NCBI GenBank assembly: GCA_963769425.1
Contig: CAVYLP010000004.1
Location: forward strand, 64,001 to 128,000
Source of the DNA: Candidatus Bathyarchaeota archaeon
Lineage (GTDB): Archaea > Thermoproteota > Bathyarchaeia > TCS64
DNA: 64,000 nt
Direction: 5' to 3'
Shown: positions 18,607-28,999 of the stretch, in pieces
Layout of the letters: each line of letters opens with the position of its first letter
Position numbering within the stretch: the stretch's first letter is position 1
Translations under genes and position numbers: made by a program
Notes under the pieces: model-generated
Databases searched by the model: none
What the model was told of the DNA's origin: nothing
The model's input: the letters and a program-made list of their open reading frames with translations, nothing else

Positions 18607-19116
18607 TTACCACGTTTCGAGGTGTACCCGATCTTTCATGTAGCGGTTTGCAGGGGGTTTTTCCTCGAGGGGGTAGCCCACCGATATTATGTTGAGTGGG
18701 ACTATCTTCTCGGGGATGTGGAGGAGCTCTTTGACACCTTTGACGAGATTTTCATTCGGGTAAACACCCAGCCATACGGCACCTAAGCCTGTAGCCTTAA
18801 CGGCGAGTAGGATGTTTTGCGTAGCCGCGGAGCAGTCTTGGACCCAGAAGCCCGTGCCCCCCTCGAGTTCGGTGTCTCCGCAGACTATTATGGCGAGGGC
18901 GGCTTGCTCAAGCATCTTGGAGTAGTTATGGAACTTGGGTATCTCCAACAGTGTCGCCCTGTCCCTCACAATTATGAAGTGCCAAGGCTGCCTGTTATGA
19001 CCACTTGGCGCTGCCATTGCGGCCTCAAGTAGGCGCTTAACCTCCTCGTCTGTAACGGGCTTGTTTGAGTATTTCCTTATGCTCCGCCTTCCAAGTATCG
19101 TTTCCATTGCTTCCAT
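18607..19116 (-). CDS. Nitroreductase family protein
   Basis: Motifs RRSIRKY, APSGHNRQPWHF, QNILLA and GLGAVWLG. Confidence 0.93.
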   Translation of the reverse strand: MEAMETILGRRSIRKYSNKPVTDEEVKRLLEAAMAAPSGHNRQPWHFIIVRDRATLLEIPKFHNYSKMLEQAALAIIVCGDTELEGGTGFWVQDCSAATQNILLAVKATGLGAVWLGVYPNENLVKGVKELLHIPEKIVPLNIISVGYPLEEKPPANRYMKDRVHLETW

Positions 19117-19224
19117 TCGATCACCACTTGTTAAGATGAATGATCTCCATTAAAGGTCTCTTGACGTTTGGCCGACGGGTTTTTAGAGGAATCGCCTTAT
19201 CCCGGGGACGGTGTTGATGAAGCC

Positions 19225-19599
19225 ATGGAAGTCATTGTGGATAGGGGACTCCTAGGTGAGATGCTCATGTTCGCAAAGGAGAGACACCCGAAGGAGGCCG
19301 TCCTAATGCTTAGGGGGAAGGTTAGCAAGGAGTCGATCACCATAACAGACTATCTCTTCCCGCCCTTCGCCACAACTGACAGCATATCTGCGAGCTACCC
19401 GATCCACATGCTCCCCATCGACTTCTCCATCGTGGGGACGGCCCACAGCCACCCGTCGGGTTCCCTGATGCTCTCAACAGTAGATATGAACAACATGTAT
19501 GGGAGGATCAGCGTATTAATGGGCTTCCCATACGGGCCCGGTGACGTAGCGGCCTACAACAAGCAGGCTGAACGCCTTATAGTTAAGATAACTGAATAA
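19225..19599 (+). CDS. JAB/MPN (JAMM) metalloprotease
   Basis: HPKE...GTAHSHPSG...S..D motif. Confidence 0.88.
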   Translation: MEVIVDRGLLGEMLMFAKERHPKEAVLMLRGKVSKESITITDYLFPPFATTDSISASYPIHMLPIDFSIVGTAHSHPSGSLMLSTVDMNNMYGRISVLMGFPYGPGDVAAYNKQAERLIVKITE

Positions 19600-19777
19600 C
19601 CTCCAGAGTTGCGATAATTATAAATTATCTTTTCAGGATGTGTTTAGCTCTTCATCAAGTTTTCTTGTGGGTGCTTCTCACAGGGACTTAGACGGATCCC
19701 ACCAACTAAGCCCTTCACCTCGACAGCGGCGACATCACCGTCTCGCACACATCTTAGCTTGGAGAAGAGTAGACCAA

Positions 19778-19954
19778 CTAATTTTTTTTAAATATGACTA
19801 TCTACTTACGCGAGAGAGACCTGAAAACGGCTCCTTTTCCACCCAATATCTTGACTGGATGAGTGGTATCGATGGGTTGCGGAGCTAATTTTTTTTTGCT
19901 TATACCCTGCTACAGGGTACAAGGGAGACTTGAAAACAGCCCCTTTCCCACGCA
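19778..19954 (+). repeat. Two degenerate direct repeats (period about 108 bp) in a 450-bp intergenic region
   Basis: CTAATTTTTTTT at 19778 and 19885, each followed by GAGACYTGAAAACRGCYCCTTTYCCACSCA at 19816 and 19925; a related inverted copy lies at 14209-14234. Confidence 0.6.
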
Positions 19955-20052
19955 TAATAAACAATTACAATTTCAGGCTCCGGCTTTGAAAGCGAAAGAT
20001 TTTCCTACATAGTCCAATGGGTTAAAAAATATTCATTGTTAATTTAGATGCG

Positions 20053-20460
20053 TCAAACTTTACTTTTTCTCATCTTTTCCTCTTCTCTGCGCTTCTCCTG
20101 TAGCCGCTTAAACCATACGTCGACGTTTTCCCTCGTTACGAAGTTCTTGTGGTGACGGAATCCCCCCTGGAAACCATGAGGGATGTGGAGAAGCTCGTGG
20201 ACAAGCACCCTGTCCTGCCCATCCCGGCTGAGGGGATCAAACTGCTCGGAGATTACCTCGATGATGTAGGTAGCCTCGATCGTCATTGCGAGTTGCCAGA
20301 TCCTCCCGAGGCCGTGGATGCGGGCGATTGTCCTCCTTGACTGGCTTCCCCTGCTGCGTACACAATAGATGTTCCGGGGGCGGCAATGATCGAAGTGAAG
20401 CGTCTCGATGATTTCATCCACGCGACTCTTGATATCAGCGGCGGGGAAGTACTCGATCAA
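20053..20460 (-). CDS. Putative metallopeptidase (phage metallopeptidase-like, HELLH)
   Basis: RSRGS..RTIARIHGL...YIIEVISEQFD...HELLHIP..F.GGFRHH. Confidence 0.85.
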   Translation of the reverse strand: MIEYFPAADIKSRVDEIIETLHFDHCRPRNIYCVRSRGSQSRRTIARIHGLGRIWQLAMTIEATYIIEVISEQFDPLSRDGQDRVLVHELLHIPHGFQGGFRHHKNFVTRENVDVWFKRLQEKRREEEKMRKSKV

Positions 20461-21071
20461 GCATGGACCGTTCTCTGCTTAGGCTCCCCTGTATTCAACG
20501 TTTCCGGAAGTCTCCTTATCCCCTGAATAATCGGGGGAGCTAAAACGGCGAATATTATCGTGTTCGTGACCGTGTGGATAATCGGCGGCCAAGCGTAGTA
20601 TAGGGGCACAAAGGTAAGGGAGAGTGTCTGAATGAGGTCAAGCTGGTAGGCAATGGCAAACCCAAGGCTGGACACGAGATCGTAGGTCAACGTGAGGGCG
20701 AAGCCTATGACAGCGAGGCTAAGACTGAACCTCCCCCACCCTGCGGGCTTCAGGAACCTTGAGGATAAACTACCCGCGACTCCGAATAGGGCGCCGAGGG
20801 CCGCCATCACGAGGAGTAGGACGGGGGAAATCGTGTAGAGCCACGCCGCGGGGTGGGCGAAGGGGTAGGGGACGAGCATGTAGATGCTCAGGCTGATTAC
20901 GCCGACGCTGACGCCTACGGCTGCTCCGAAGCAGAAGCCGGCTATGAAGATCATCACCGTCATGAGTTCGAAGACCCCGGGTAGGGTGGATAGCGCTAAT
21001 CCCCGGCTGTAGGCGATGACGATGGCGAGTGCTGACATCACTGCGGTTATGGCGGCCTGCTTAGAGTTCAT
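20457..21071 (-). CDS. ECF transporter S-component-like membrane protein
   Basis: About 6 TM segments; AITAVMSALAI...PGVFELMT...AGFCFG. Confidence 0.65.
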   Translation of the reverse strand: MNSKQAAITAVMSALAIVIAYSRGLALSTLPGVFELMTVMIFIAGFCFGAAVGVSVGVISLSIYMLVPYPFAHPAAWLYTISPVLLLVMAALGALFGVAGSLSSRFLKPAGWGRFSLSLAVIGFALTLTYDLVSSLGFAIAYQLDLIQTLSLTFVPLYYAWPPIIHTVTNTIIFAVLAPPIIQGIRRLPETLNTGEPKQRTVHA

Positions 21072-21147
21072 ATATGGCTGGATTATCCATCCAGCCTTAA
21101 ATAATTTACCCAAACCTTAACAACCAAAGCCCCAGTTTCCTACCAGA

Positions 21148-21753
21148 ATGAGCTTCAAACCCCTCCTGAGACGCGTCGCCGAGAGGTCCTCCCCCGGCAG
21201 GTCCCCATCCTACGGCGAGACCCAGGTCCTGAGGGCGCTTGAACTCGTCTCGGGTGAAGGGATCGGGAGGGCAGCCCTCGGGGTCAAGCTCGGCATAGGA
21301 GAGGGCGTCGTGAGGACCCTCATCAAGCACCTCTTGGCGGAGGGTCTTGTGGAGGTGTCGACGAGGGGTGTAAAAATGTCGAAGAAGGGGGATAGGCTTC
21401 TCTCGGATATTCACGCGGTGATATTGAGGGGAGTAGAAGTGCCGCCGACCGAGGACATCGTCGGGGGATACGGTTACGTCGTGCTTGTTAGGGGGGTGGC
21501 TTCCCGTGTGCGTGTCGGCGTCGAGCAGAGGGACGCCGCGCTTCTCGCTGGTGCTAAGGGGGCGACCACAATAATATTCGCGAAGGGGGAGGCGTCGATA
21601 CCCGGAATGGATCGCGGCCCCTCCCAACCCCTTGTCTCTTTCTTGGAGGAGAAGGTCAGACCCGAGGAAGGCGATGCAGTGATCGTTGGGACGGGAGACA
21701 CAAGCGCAGATGCATGGATAGGAGCCTACGCCGCGGCCCTAAGCCTGATCTAG
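21148..21753 (+). CDS. Winged-helix protein with DUF4443-like C-terminal domain
   Basis: IGRAALGVKLGIGEGVVRTLIKHL; GVEQRDAALLAGAKGATT. Confidence 0.8.
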   Translation: MSFKPLLRRVAERSSPGRSPSYGETQVLRALELVSGEGIGRAALGVKLGIGEGVVRTLIKHLLAEGLVEVSTRGVKMSKKGDRLLSDIHAVILRGVEVPPTEDIVGGYGYVVLVRGVASRVRVGVEQRDAALLAGAKGATTIIFAKGEASIPGMDRGPSQPLVSFLEEKVRPEEGDAVIVGTGDTSADAWIGAYAAALSLI

Positions 21754-21765
21754 AACCCCCCAATC

Positions 21766-21890
21766 GCCGAGCATCCGCCGCACCTCCGCTGCTAAAACAA
21801 CCGGAAAAAGGCTCTGTTCACTAAAATCGGTTCAAACAGCTTGAAACAGGGCGACGACGAAGTATCCTTCTCCCCCACCCTGCACGCACG
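21766..21890 (+). repeat. Dispersed 126-bp intergenic element, copy B
   Basis: Aligns to the reverse complement of 14018-14143, with shared blocks AACCGGAAAAA, AAATCG, GAAGTA and TGCAYGCACG. Confidence 0.7.
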
Positions 21891-21913
21891 CCGAAACACA
21901 GGGTTAACCTCAA

Positions 21914-22387
21914 ATGGCGAAGAGGCGCACAATATTCATGCTCCACTTCGCCTACGGATCAAACCTATCCGCCAAGTTCCTCCGACAACACTGCCCAACA
22001 GCCGTCTTCCAGATGAAGGCAGAACTACCCAACTTCCGGATCACATTCCCATTCTACAGCCAGAAACGACAGGGGGGCATAAGCAGCATCATCCCAGCCC
22101 CAGGAGAGCTAGTACGCGGGGTCCTCTACGAGGTCAACCAGAAAGAAATGGAGGAGCTCGATGTCGTCGAGAGCGTCCCCCAAGGCCTCTACGTCCGCGA
22201 GACCTATCTAGTCCTCGCCGAAGACAAGAGGTGGCACAGCGCAGACCTCTACCGCTGCGCAAAGCCAACCGGCCCATACGCCCCTGCCAGGAGCTACGTC
22301 GAACTCATGTTCGAGGGCGCAGAGGAGCACCAACTCGACCCAAACTACGTCAAGGAGCTGCGCTGGCTCATTAACAGTCTGGGCTGA
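21914..22387 (+). CDS. Gamma-glutamylcyclotransferase family protein
   Basis: HFAYGSNL, VRGVLYEV, LDVVE...Y and PARSY; start may be 21938. Confidence 0.88.
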   Translation: MAKRRTIFMLHFAYGSNLSAKFLRQHCPTAVFQMKAELPNFRITFPFYSQKRQGGISSIIPAPGELVRGVLYEVNQKEMEELDVVESVPQGLYVRETYLVLAEDKRWHSADLYRCAKPTGPYAPARSYVELMFEGAEEHQLDPNYVKELRWLINSLG

Positions 22388-22389
22388 AC

Positions 22390-23178
22390 TCAACTCCTTG
22401 GTACCAGTTGAATCTCATAGAGGTTGGGCCAATTCTTCCCCGTAACGAAGAGGCGCCCACCAACCGAGTCGTAGGCTATTCCATTCAGGACACTGTTTGC
22501 ATCCGGATGCGACGGACCGGGTAACCCCGTTAGGTCTATCCAGAAGTCGACTCGGCCCGTTGAGGGGTCGATGACTGCTATCCTATTCGTAAGGAAGACG
22601 TTCGCGTATACCTTTCCATCGACGTACTCGAGCTCGTTCAGGTCCGTGACTGGCGATCCATCCATCACCTTCACCTGCCCAATGTTTTCTAGCGTCAGCG
22701 GGTCCATGAAGTAGAGGGTCGAGGACCCGTCGCTCATTATCAACCTGCTCCCATCGTATGTGAGGCCCCAACCCTCCGTTGAGTAGGTGAAGTTTCCTAG
22801 CGGGGCGAAGCTAGTCAGATTGTAGACGAAGCCGATCCCGTTCCGCCATGTGAGCTGGTATACCCTGTTGCCCACGATTGTTATGCCCTCGCCGAAGTAC
22901 TCCTCGGAGAGGGAGACGCTCTGAAGCACCATCCCGGTTTCAAGCTCGACCCGCCTCAGTGTGGATTGCCCGTTGAGCCCGGTGCCCTCGTATAGGAATC
23001 CGCCGCTATACACCAGACCCTCGGTGAAGGCATCGGTTGCATGAGGGTATGTGTTGACTATTCTGTAGCCGTAGATGGGTGTGGTCGATGCAGTGGGGTT
23101 CGTCAGCAGCGAATAGGTCGCCACGAGCACTAGAGCCGCTGAGAAGATCAGCACCGTTGCGATGTACTGCCTCTTCAT
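22390..23178 (-). CDS. Glutaminyl-peptide cyclotransferase (type I QC)
   Basis: Motifs YPH..AFTEGL, YEGTGL.G.S, FGEGI, EGWGL, LNELE, VLNGIAYD and TGKNWP. Confidence 0.93.
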   Translation of the reverse strand: MKRQYIATVLIFSAALVLVATYSLLTNPTASTTPIYGYRIVNTYPHATDAFTEGLVYSGGFLYEGTGLNGQSTLRRVELETGMVLQSVSLSEEYFGEGITIVGNRVYQLTWRNGIGFVYNLTSFAPLGNFTYSTEGWGLTYDGSRLIMSDGSSTLYFMDPLTLENIGQVKVMDGSPVTDLNELEYVDGKVYANVFLTNRIAVIDPSTGRVDFWIDLTGLPGPSHPDANSVLNGIAYDSVGGRLFVTGKNWPNLYEIQLVPRS

Positions 23179-23254
23179 CCCACTCTCAGGAGAACCCTGC
23201 CAGAGCTTAAACAGTTGACCTTTTCGTCGACGCTGGTAGACACTTCATTAACCG

Positions 23255-23902
23255 ATGCCGATACAGAACATCCCGATGAGATCAGCGGAGAGCCACTTCG
23301 TCGTCGTAGCCCTGGGGGACAGCCTCACGGCGGGTTATCGTTTCAGGGATCCCTATGCTATGGACCCGAGGGTCCCCTACCCAGCACAACTCGAAGCAAT
23401 GATACGGGCAACATTGACGAAGTCTGGTCAGGGTACACTCGCCTTCGTCATCAACGCTGGTATCAACGGGGACTTTACCAATGGCATGCTGGAGCGGTTT
23501 GAGCGGGACGTGGCGGCGGAGAGGCCGGACGTCATCGTGATCTGGGGAGGAGTAAACGATCTCGGCGTCGGACGGAAGCCGGAGCATGTGATCAGGAACC
23601 TGCTCAAGCTCCACGAGATGGCTAGGGCTTCCGGAGCGGAGCCGGTGGCCTGCACACTGACGCCAATGAGGCGCACAAGCGACGCGATGAGGGATCTGAA
23701 CGAGCTGATCCGGGCCAACTGCGCCAAGACGGGGACGAGGCTGGCGGACCTCTTCCCCCAATTCGCAGACGCGGAGGGAAACCTGAGGTCCGAGTACTCG
23801 GACGACGGCGCCCATCTTACAGCCCAGGGCTACGGCCTCGTCGCGAGGATCATTTATGAAGCCGTTAAACCTATTTTGGGTGAAGGTGCCCCGGACCCGT
23901 AG
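23255..23902 (+). CDS. SGNH/GDSL hydrolase
   Basis: Motifs GDSLT, NAGING, GVND and DGAH. Confidence 0.9.
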   Translation: MPIQNIPMRSAESHFVVVALGDSLTAGYRFRDPYAMDPRVPYPAQLEAMIRATLTKSGQGTLAFVINAGINGDFTNGMLERFERDVAAERPDVIVIWGGVNDLGVGRKPEHVIRNLLKLHEMARASGAEPVACTLTPMRRTSDAMRDLNELIRANCAKTGTRLADLFPQFADAEGNLRSEYSDDGAHLTAQGYGLVARIIYEAVKPILGEGAPDP

Positions 23903-23945
23903 TATTTATAACAAGGTGCCTCACTAATCTGCTGAGGTTTCAATA

Positions 23946-24257
23946 TTGACGAAGAAGAGGAGCAGCGGAGGCCATAGCGGTGGCAACAAGGGGAGCTCCG
24001 GGTTGGTGCAGTGCAGCATCTGTGGGGCTCAGGTGCCCCGCGACAAGGCCAAGAGGCAGACGAGGTACACTAGCCTCGTCGACTCCCGGCTCCTGAAGGA
24101 GCTCCAGAACCAGGGCTCCACCATCCAACGCACAAAGGTGACGAAGTACTACTGCATCAGCTGTGCAGTACACCGCGGTGTAGTCAAGGTGCGTGGAAAG
24201 GAAGAGCGTAAATTCGTACCCAGGCGCCGAAGACCGAGACCGGGTCCAAGCGCGTAA
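23946..24257 (+). CDS. rps26e: 30S ribosomal protein S26e
   Basis: MTKKRSSGG...VQCSICG..VPRDKA...YCISCAVH. Confidence 0.95.
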   Translation: MTKKRSSGGHSGGNKGSSGLVQCSICGAQVPRDKAKRQTRYTSLVDSRLLKELQNQGSTIQRTKVTKYYCISCAVHRGVVKVRGKEERKFVPRRRRPRPGPSA

Positions 24258-24290
24258 CCACTATAGATTTTTACTATCCCTTTTTCGGGA

Positions 24291-24885
24291 TCACTTCGCA
24301 TTTCTCTTGAAGTGCATTGTCCTCTGGATCACCGTTACGTGTGATAGCACGGCGAGCAAGATGACCCCGTAGTTGAGAGCGTCGATCCAGAATACAGCGA
24401 TGAAGGTAACGGCTGCGAGGATCAGCATCCTCTCAGCCCTCTCCGCTAGGCCGACCCCCGCCATGCTCACCCCGGCGGCCTCCGCCCTTGAGCGTGTGTA
24501 GCTAACCATCAGGGAGCCTATGAGGGCGGCGAAACCGGCTATCGGGTTGCATAGTCCCCCGAGGGTTATCCCCGCTAGGACCATGGCGTCCGCGTACCTG
24601 TCGGACACCGAGTCTAGGAATCCCCCGAAGGCGGTGACCTTCCCCTTCGTCCGCGCGATTATCCCGTCGACTGCGTCGAATAGATCCTGAGAGCAGTATC
24701 AGCAAGGCGGCTGCGGGCAAAAGCAGAGGCGAGGATGTCCAGCTGTAGTAGCACCAGGCTGAGACGAGGGAGACGATGAGCCCCAAAATGGTCACCGTGT
24801 TCGGTGTGACCCCAGCGTCAGCGAATGGCTTCACGCCCGCTAGTACGACGCCCTCGAACCTCTTCTTCAGCCTGCTTGAGACCAA
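24291..24885 (-). CDS. CDP-alcohol phosphatidyltransferase (archaetidylinositol phosphate synthase-like), frameshift near 24685
   Basis: TPNTVT; DAVDG...T.FGGFLDSVSDRYAD; VSYTRSRAEA; ERAER. Confidence 0.85.
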
Positions 24886-25071
24886 ACCGCTGAGAGATAC
24901 GGCGAAGCCGGTATAAGTTTATTCTTTGTGCCACCTTCACGGATTTCGTTGCATTAAACGTGTTAATTGACATGTTCATGTTAAAAGAAAGTTGATATAC
25001 CAAGGAACCCGGGTATCACCATCAACTCAGTTGAACCCATCGGAGCAGTGGATGGATTGAAGGAAGCCCAC

Positions 25072-26009
25072 ATGGTCGACGACCCCCTCGCGAAGGGGAA
25101 GATCGAGGTAGTCAGGTACAGTGACGCCGTAAAGGGAGTGGAGCCCCGCCGCGGGAAAGGTGAGGGACGTCTACGACCTCGGCAAGGAGATGCTCATAGT
25201 CACCACAGACAGGATAAGCGCCTACGACGTCGTCTTCCCCACACTCATCCCGCACAAGGGCGAGAGCATCAACCGCCTCTCGGAGTTCTGGTTCAACAAG
25301 ACGAAGGACATCATCCCCAACCACTTCATAAAGGTCGAGGACGAGCGCACGATGCGCGTAAGGAAGGCGGAGAGGATAGACATCGAGTTCGTCTGCCGCG
25401 CTTACCTATACGGCTCCGCGTGGCGCTCCTACCGCGACGGCGCTGAGGACCGTGAGCGGCGTCAAGCTCCCCGACGGCCTCAACATGGCGGACAAGCTCC
25501 CCGAGGTCATACTCACCCCCACGACGAAGGCGGAGGCAGGCCACGACATGGAGATCAGCGGCAAGGAGGCCATCGCCCAGAAACTCGTCACCAAAGACGA
25601 GTGGAGGGAGCTGGAGGAGTCAACCCTCAAGCTCTTCGACGCCTACCAGAGTCACGCCAAGAGCCGCGGCTTCATCATCCCCGACTTCAAGCTGGAGTTC
25701 GGCCGCCTCGACGGTGGCTTGATCCAGATCGATGAGCCGCCGAGCCACGACTCCGCCCGATTCTGGGCAGAGAAGTTCTACCAGCCTGGCAAGCCACAGG
25801 AGGCCCACTGCCTCGACAAAGAGTTCCTACGCGCCTACCTACGCGAGGTCAATTACATGGGGGACGGCCCAGCGCCAGAGATACCCGCCCCAGTCGTTAA
25901 GCAGGTCTCCATGAGGTGCGTCGCAAGCTACGAGGTCTTAAGCGGCAAGAAGAGCCTCGGCGATTACGCCCTCAAGAACGTCGACCAGATCATGAGGGAG
26001 TTAAAGTGA
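25072..26009 (+). CDS. purC: SAICAR synthetase, at least two frameshifts
   Basis: GKVRDVY, TDRISAYD, EFVCRAYLYGS, TPTTKA, DFKLEFG and DKEFLR spread over three frames. Confidence 0.9.
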
Positions 26010-27460
26010 GCCTATCCGAGAAGTGCGGCGTCTTCGGCGCCCAGTCGGTGAGCGGGGAGGTCTTCCCCATCTTCTACTGGGGTATGCTCGCCCAGAACCA
26101 CAGGGGGCACCAGAGCCACGGCTTCGCCACCTGGGACGGCGGAGATCGAGCTATACACACAGCTCGGCCTCATCCCACCGAACCAGGGCTACGGCTTCAA
26201 CGTGAAGAACCTAAAGGGCTCGGTCGGCATAGCGAATGTCCGCTACGCGACATCGGGCGCCCTCGACCTCGGGGCGAGGCAGAGGGACGCCATGCCCATC
26301 GCGGTGAAGGGGGAGAAGCGGAGCGTCGCCATCAGCTTCAACGGCAACATAGTAAACGTCCGGGAATTACAGGATAGGGTCGGCGTCGACCGCAGCTACT
26401 CCGACACACACGCCCTCGCCCTGCTCTCGTCAAGAAGCTCGACGAGACGGGGAGCATCGAGGAGGCGGCGCGCGCCTGCATGGAGGGGATAGATGGCAGC
26501 TTTGCTATCACCGGGTTGGCCGACGACGGTACTCTGTTCGCGTTCAAGGACCCCATCGGCGTCAAGCCCCTCTGCTACGGTAAGGCGGACGGCGTCCACG
26601 GCTTTAGCTCCGAGAGCGTCGGCCTCGATATAAATGGGCTCAAGTGGGACCACGAGTTCCGTCCCGGGGAGTTCATGAGCGTCGAGGAGGGGGAGGTCAT
26701 CAAGAGGCAACTCGTCGAGAGCAACAGGCGCGCCTTCTGCGCCTTCGAGTTCGCTTACTTCATGCGCCCCGATAGCAGGATGAACGGCAAATTCGTCTAC
26801 CAAGCACGCGTTGACTTCGGCAGGGCCCTCGCCCGCGTCTACGCAGAGAAGGCGAAGAGGTGCGACATAGTCGTGAGCCTCCCCGAGACAGCGGATGACG
26901 CCGCCTACGGGTTCCACGAGGCCGCGGGCATCCCCTGGGAGCGCGCCACGAGGCGGCACCGCTACGTCACCCAGCGCGCCTTCATCACCGACGCAGAGGA
27001 CAGGAAGAGTGTCATCTACAGGAAGGTGAACATCCTCGAGCCCCTCATCAAGGGGAGGAGCCTCGCGGTCGTCGACGACAGCATAGTGCGTGGCGACACG
27101 ACGAAGGGTACCGTCAAGAGGTTCAGGGAGGCTGGGGCGAAGGAGATACACCTCTTCATAACGTACCCCCGCATCATCGGGCCCTGCTTCTACGGCATAG
27201 ATATGGCGACCTACACTCAGCTCATCGGCGCCAGGATGACCCCCGAGGAGATAGCGAAGGAGGTCGGTGCGGACAGCGTCAACTACCTCGACATCGAAAC
27301 CTACGTGAAGTGCACGGGTCTATCAAGGGATCAGCTGTGCCTCGGATGCATAACGAATGGGTACCCGACACCGATGGCGGACTCCCTCGCGAAGCAGATG
27401 TGGGAGAGAGTGCAGCGCGGCGAGGCCGAGACGGGTCGCATCTACGAGTCCACGCGGTAG
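26006..27460 (+). CDS. purF: Amidophosphoribosyltransferase, at least two frameshifts
   Basis: EKCGVFG, QNHRG, VRYATSG, FNGNI, CAFEFAYF, VDDSIVRGDT and CFYGID. Confidence 0.92.
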
Positions 27461-28251
27461 CCGCCCCTCATGTTCCTCGACGTCTCAAGGGCGGTCCGGG
27501 CTATCCTGTGTGCGAGCATTAGCCTGTAGACCCAGGACTCTGGGTTCCCCTCGTAGTAGTCCTTCACGTCCACGCGTTCGCCGTCTGGGAGGGTCATCTG
27601 CTCACGCTTGAGACGGGTCTCCCACTCCAGACCCTCCGCCTCGACGTATCCCATGCTTAAACCTCCCCTGCAGAATAGGATCGTTGGCCATTCTGAGTCG
27701 TTGTCGAAGAATCTCCCCCGCGAGTACTTCGCGAGGACCTCGACCGCAGCCTTGGATACGCCGCGGGACGCCGCTGTTATGTCGACGTCCTTTCCGTAGA
27801 TGAGTGAGAAGACCCTGTTGGCGATGACTTCTGTCTCGACCTGATTCCGCGGATGTGTCTGGAGTGCTCTAGATGTGCGCCCGATTATCGTGAAATCCAG
27901 CGCGGGGATACGGCTGACCACCTCCCTCAACTCGTCGGGGTAGTGCGCCGCCCAGTGGAGGACCCTATCCGTGTCGACGAGGTGCACGTGGTCGGCCCCC
28001 GCCTCGACGCCGGCTCTGATGACCCTGAGCCGTGAGTCGGAGATGAACTCGACTCCCACGTTGCTTCGAGGCAAGATGACGGCCCAACCGGATTCCTCAA
28101 GCGTGTCTATGACGGTCTGACTCGTCCCCTTCGTCGCGACGACGATGCGGCGCCCATATAGGTCGTCGAGTAGGGATGCACTCTCCTTGAGGGGCTCGAT
28201 GCTCCACCCGGCGGAGTCGTGAATCGTCGAGACGAGGGCGACCTGGGGCAT
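27442..28251 (-). CDS. Hypothetical protein, glycosyltransferase A-like fold
   Basis: HD near the N-terminus, DTDRVLHW DxD-like motif, GRTSRALQTHP. Confidence 0.7.
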   Translation of the reverse strand: MPQVALVSTIHDSAGWSIEPLKESASLLDDLYGRRIVVATKGTSQTVIDTLEESGWAVILPRSNVGVEFISDSRLRVIRAGVEAGADHVHLVDTDRVLHWAAHYPDELREVVSRIPALDFTIIGRTSRALQTHPRNQVETEVIANRVFSLIYGKDVDITAASRGVSKAAVEVLAKYSRGRFFDNDSEWPTILFCRGGLSMGYVEAEGLEWETRLKREQMTLPDGERVDVKDYYEGNPESWVYRLMLAHRIARTALETSRNMRGGYRVDS

Positions 28252-28293
28252 AGTTGAGAAGACCCGCGTCGCGGATTTATCTCTACGTCTATT

Positions 28294-28959
28294 CTAGTCC
28301 TTCCCCTGAAGGTACCCGTATAGCTCCCAGAGGTTCATCTGGTGGGACTTACCCTCGAACTTTCCGAATTTGAACGCGTACTGGACCGAGTATCCGAGGG
28401 TGAGGGCTGTGATGACCGTCCCGACGCCGACGGGCCCACCAAGGAAGAAGCCGAGGATGAGGACCGTGACCTCTATGCTGCCCCTGACGAGCCAGATTGG
28501 TTTATTCATCTGTTTGATCAGCCCGACCATGAGGCCGTCCCTCGGGCCCGCGCCGAGCCGGACCCTCATATAGAAGAGGCTTCCAAGACCCACGAAGAGG
28601 ATGCTGAGCAGTAGTAGCGACGCCCTGCCAACCGGGTCTGTGGGCTGGGGGACTATGCCCCACTCCATGATGCGGTCCGTGAACCAGCCGATGAAGAACA
28701 TGTTCATCACCGTCCCGAAGCCCGGGGGGAAGCCGAGGCCCCAGCCGATGAGGAGGACGACGAGCCCGACCATCTGGCTGACCTGTCCGAGAGTGAAGCC
28801 GCTGAGCCCCGAGACGCCGACGTGGAAGACGCCCCAGGGACTCATCCCGAGACCCGAGTAGAGGTTTGTCACCGACCCCGCGGCGAAGAGGAAGAGGCCG
28901 AAGTAGAGGGAGGGGAGACGGATCAGGAAGCTCTTGAGGTTCCCACCGTGGATCGGCAT
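28294..28959 (-). CDS. YczE/YitT family membrane protein
   Basis: LGMSPW, GAGPRDGLM, LGGPVGVGT. Confidence 0.88.
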   Translation of the reverse strand: MPIHGGNLKSFLIRLPSLYFGLFLFAAGSVTNLYSGLGMSPWGVFHVGVSGLSGFTLGQVSQMVGLVVLLIGWGLGFPPGFGTVMNMFFIGWFTDRIMEWGIVPQPTDPVGRASLLLLSILFVGLGSLFYMRVRLGAGPRDGLMVGLIKQMNKPIWLVRGSIEVTVLILGFFLGGPVGVGTVITALTLGYSVQYAFKFGKFEGKSHQMNLWELYGYLQGKD

Positions 28960-28999
28960 CCAATGAGCGGGGGATAGCAGCCTCAAAAAGGGATCGGTC

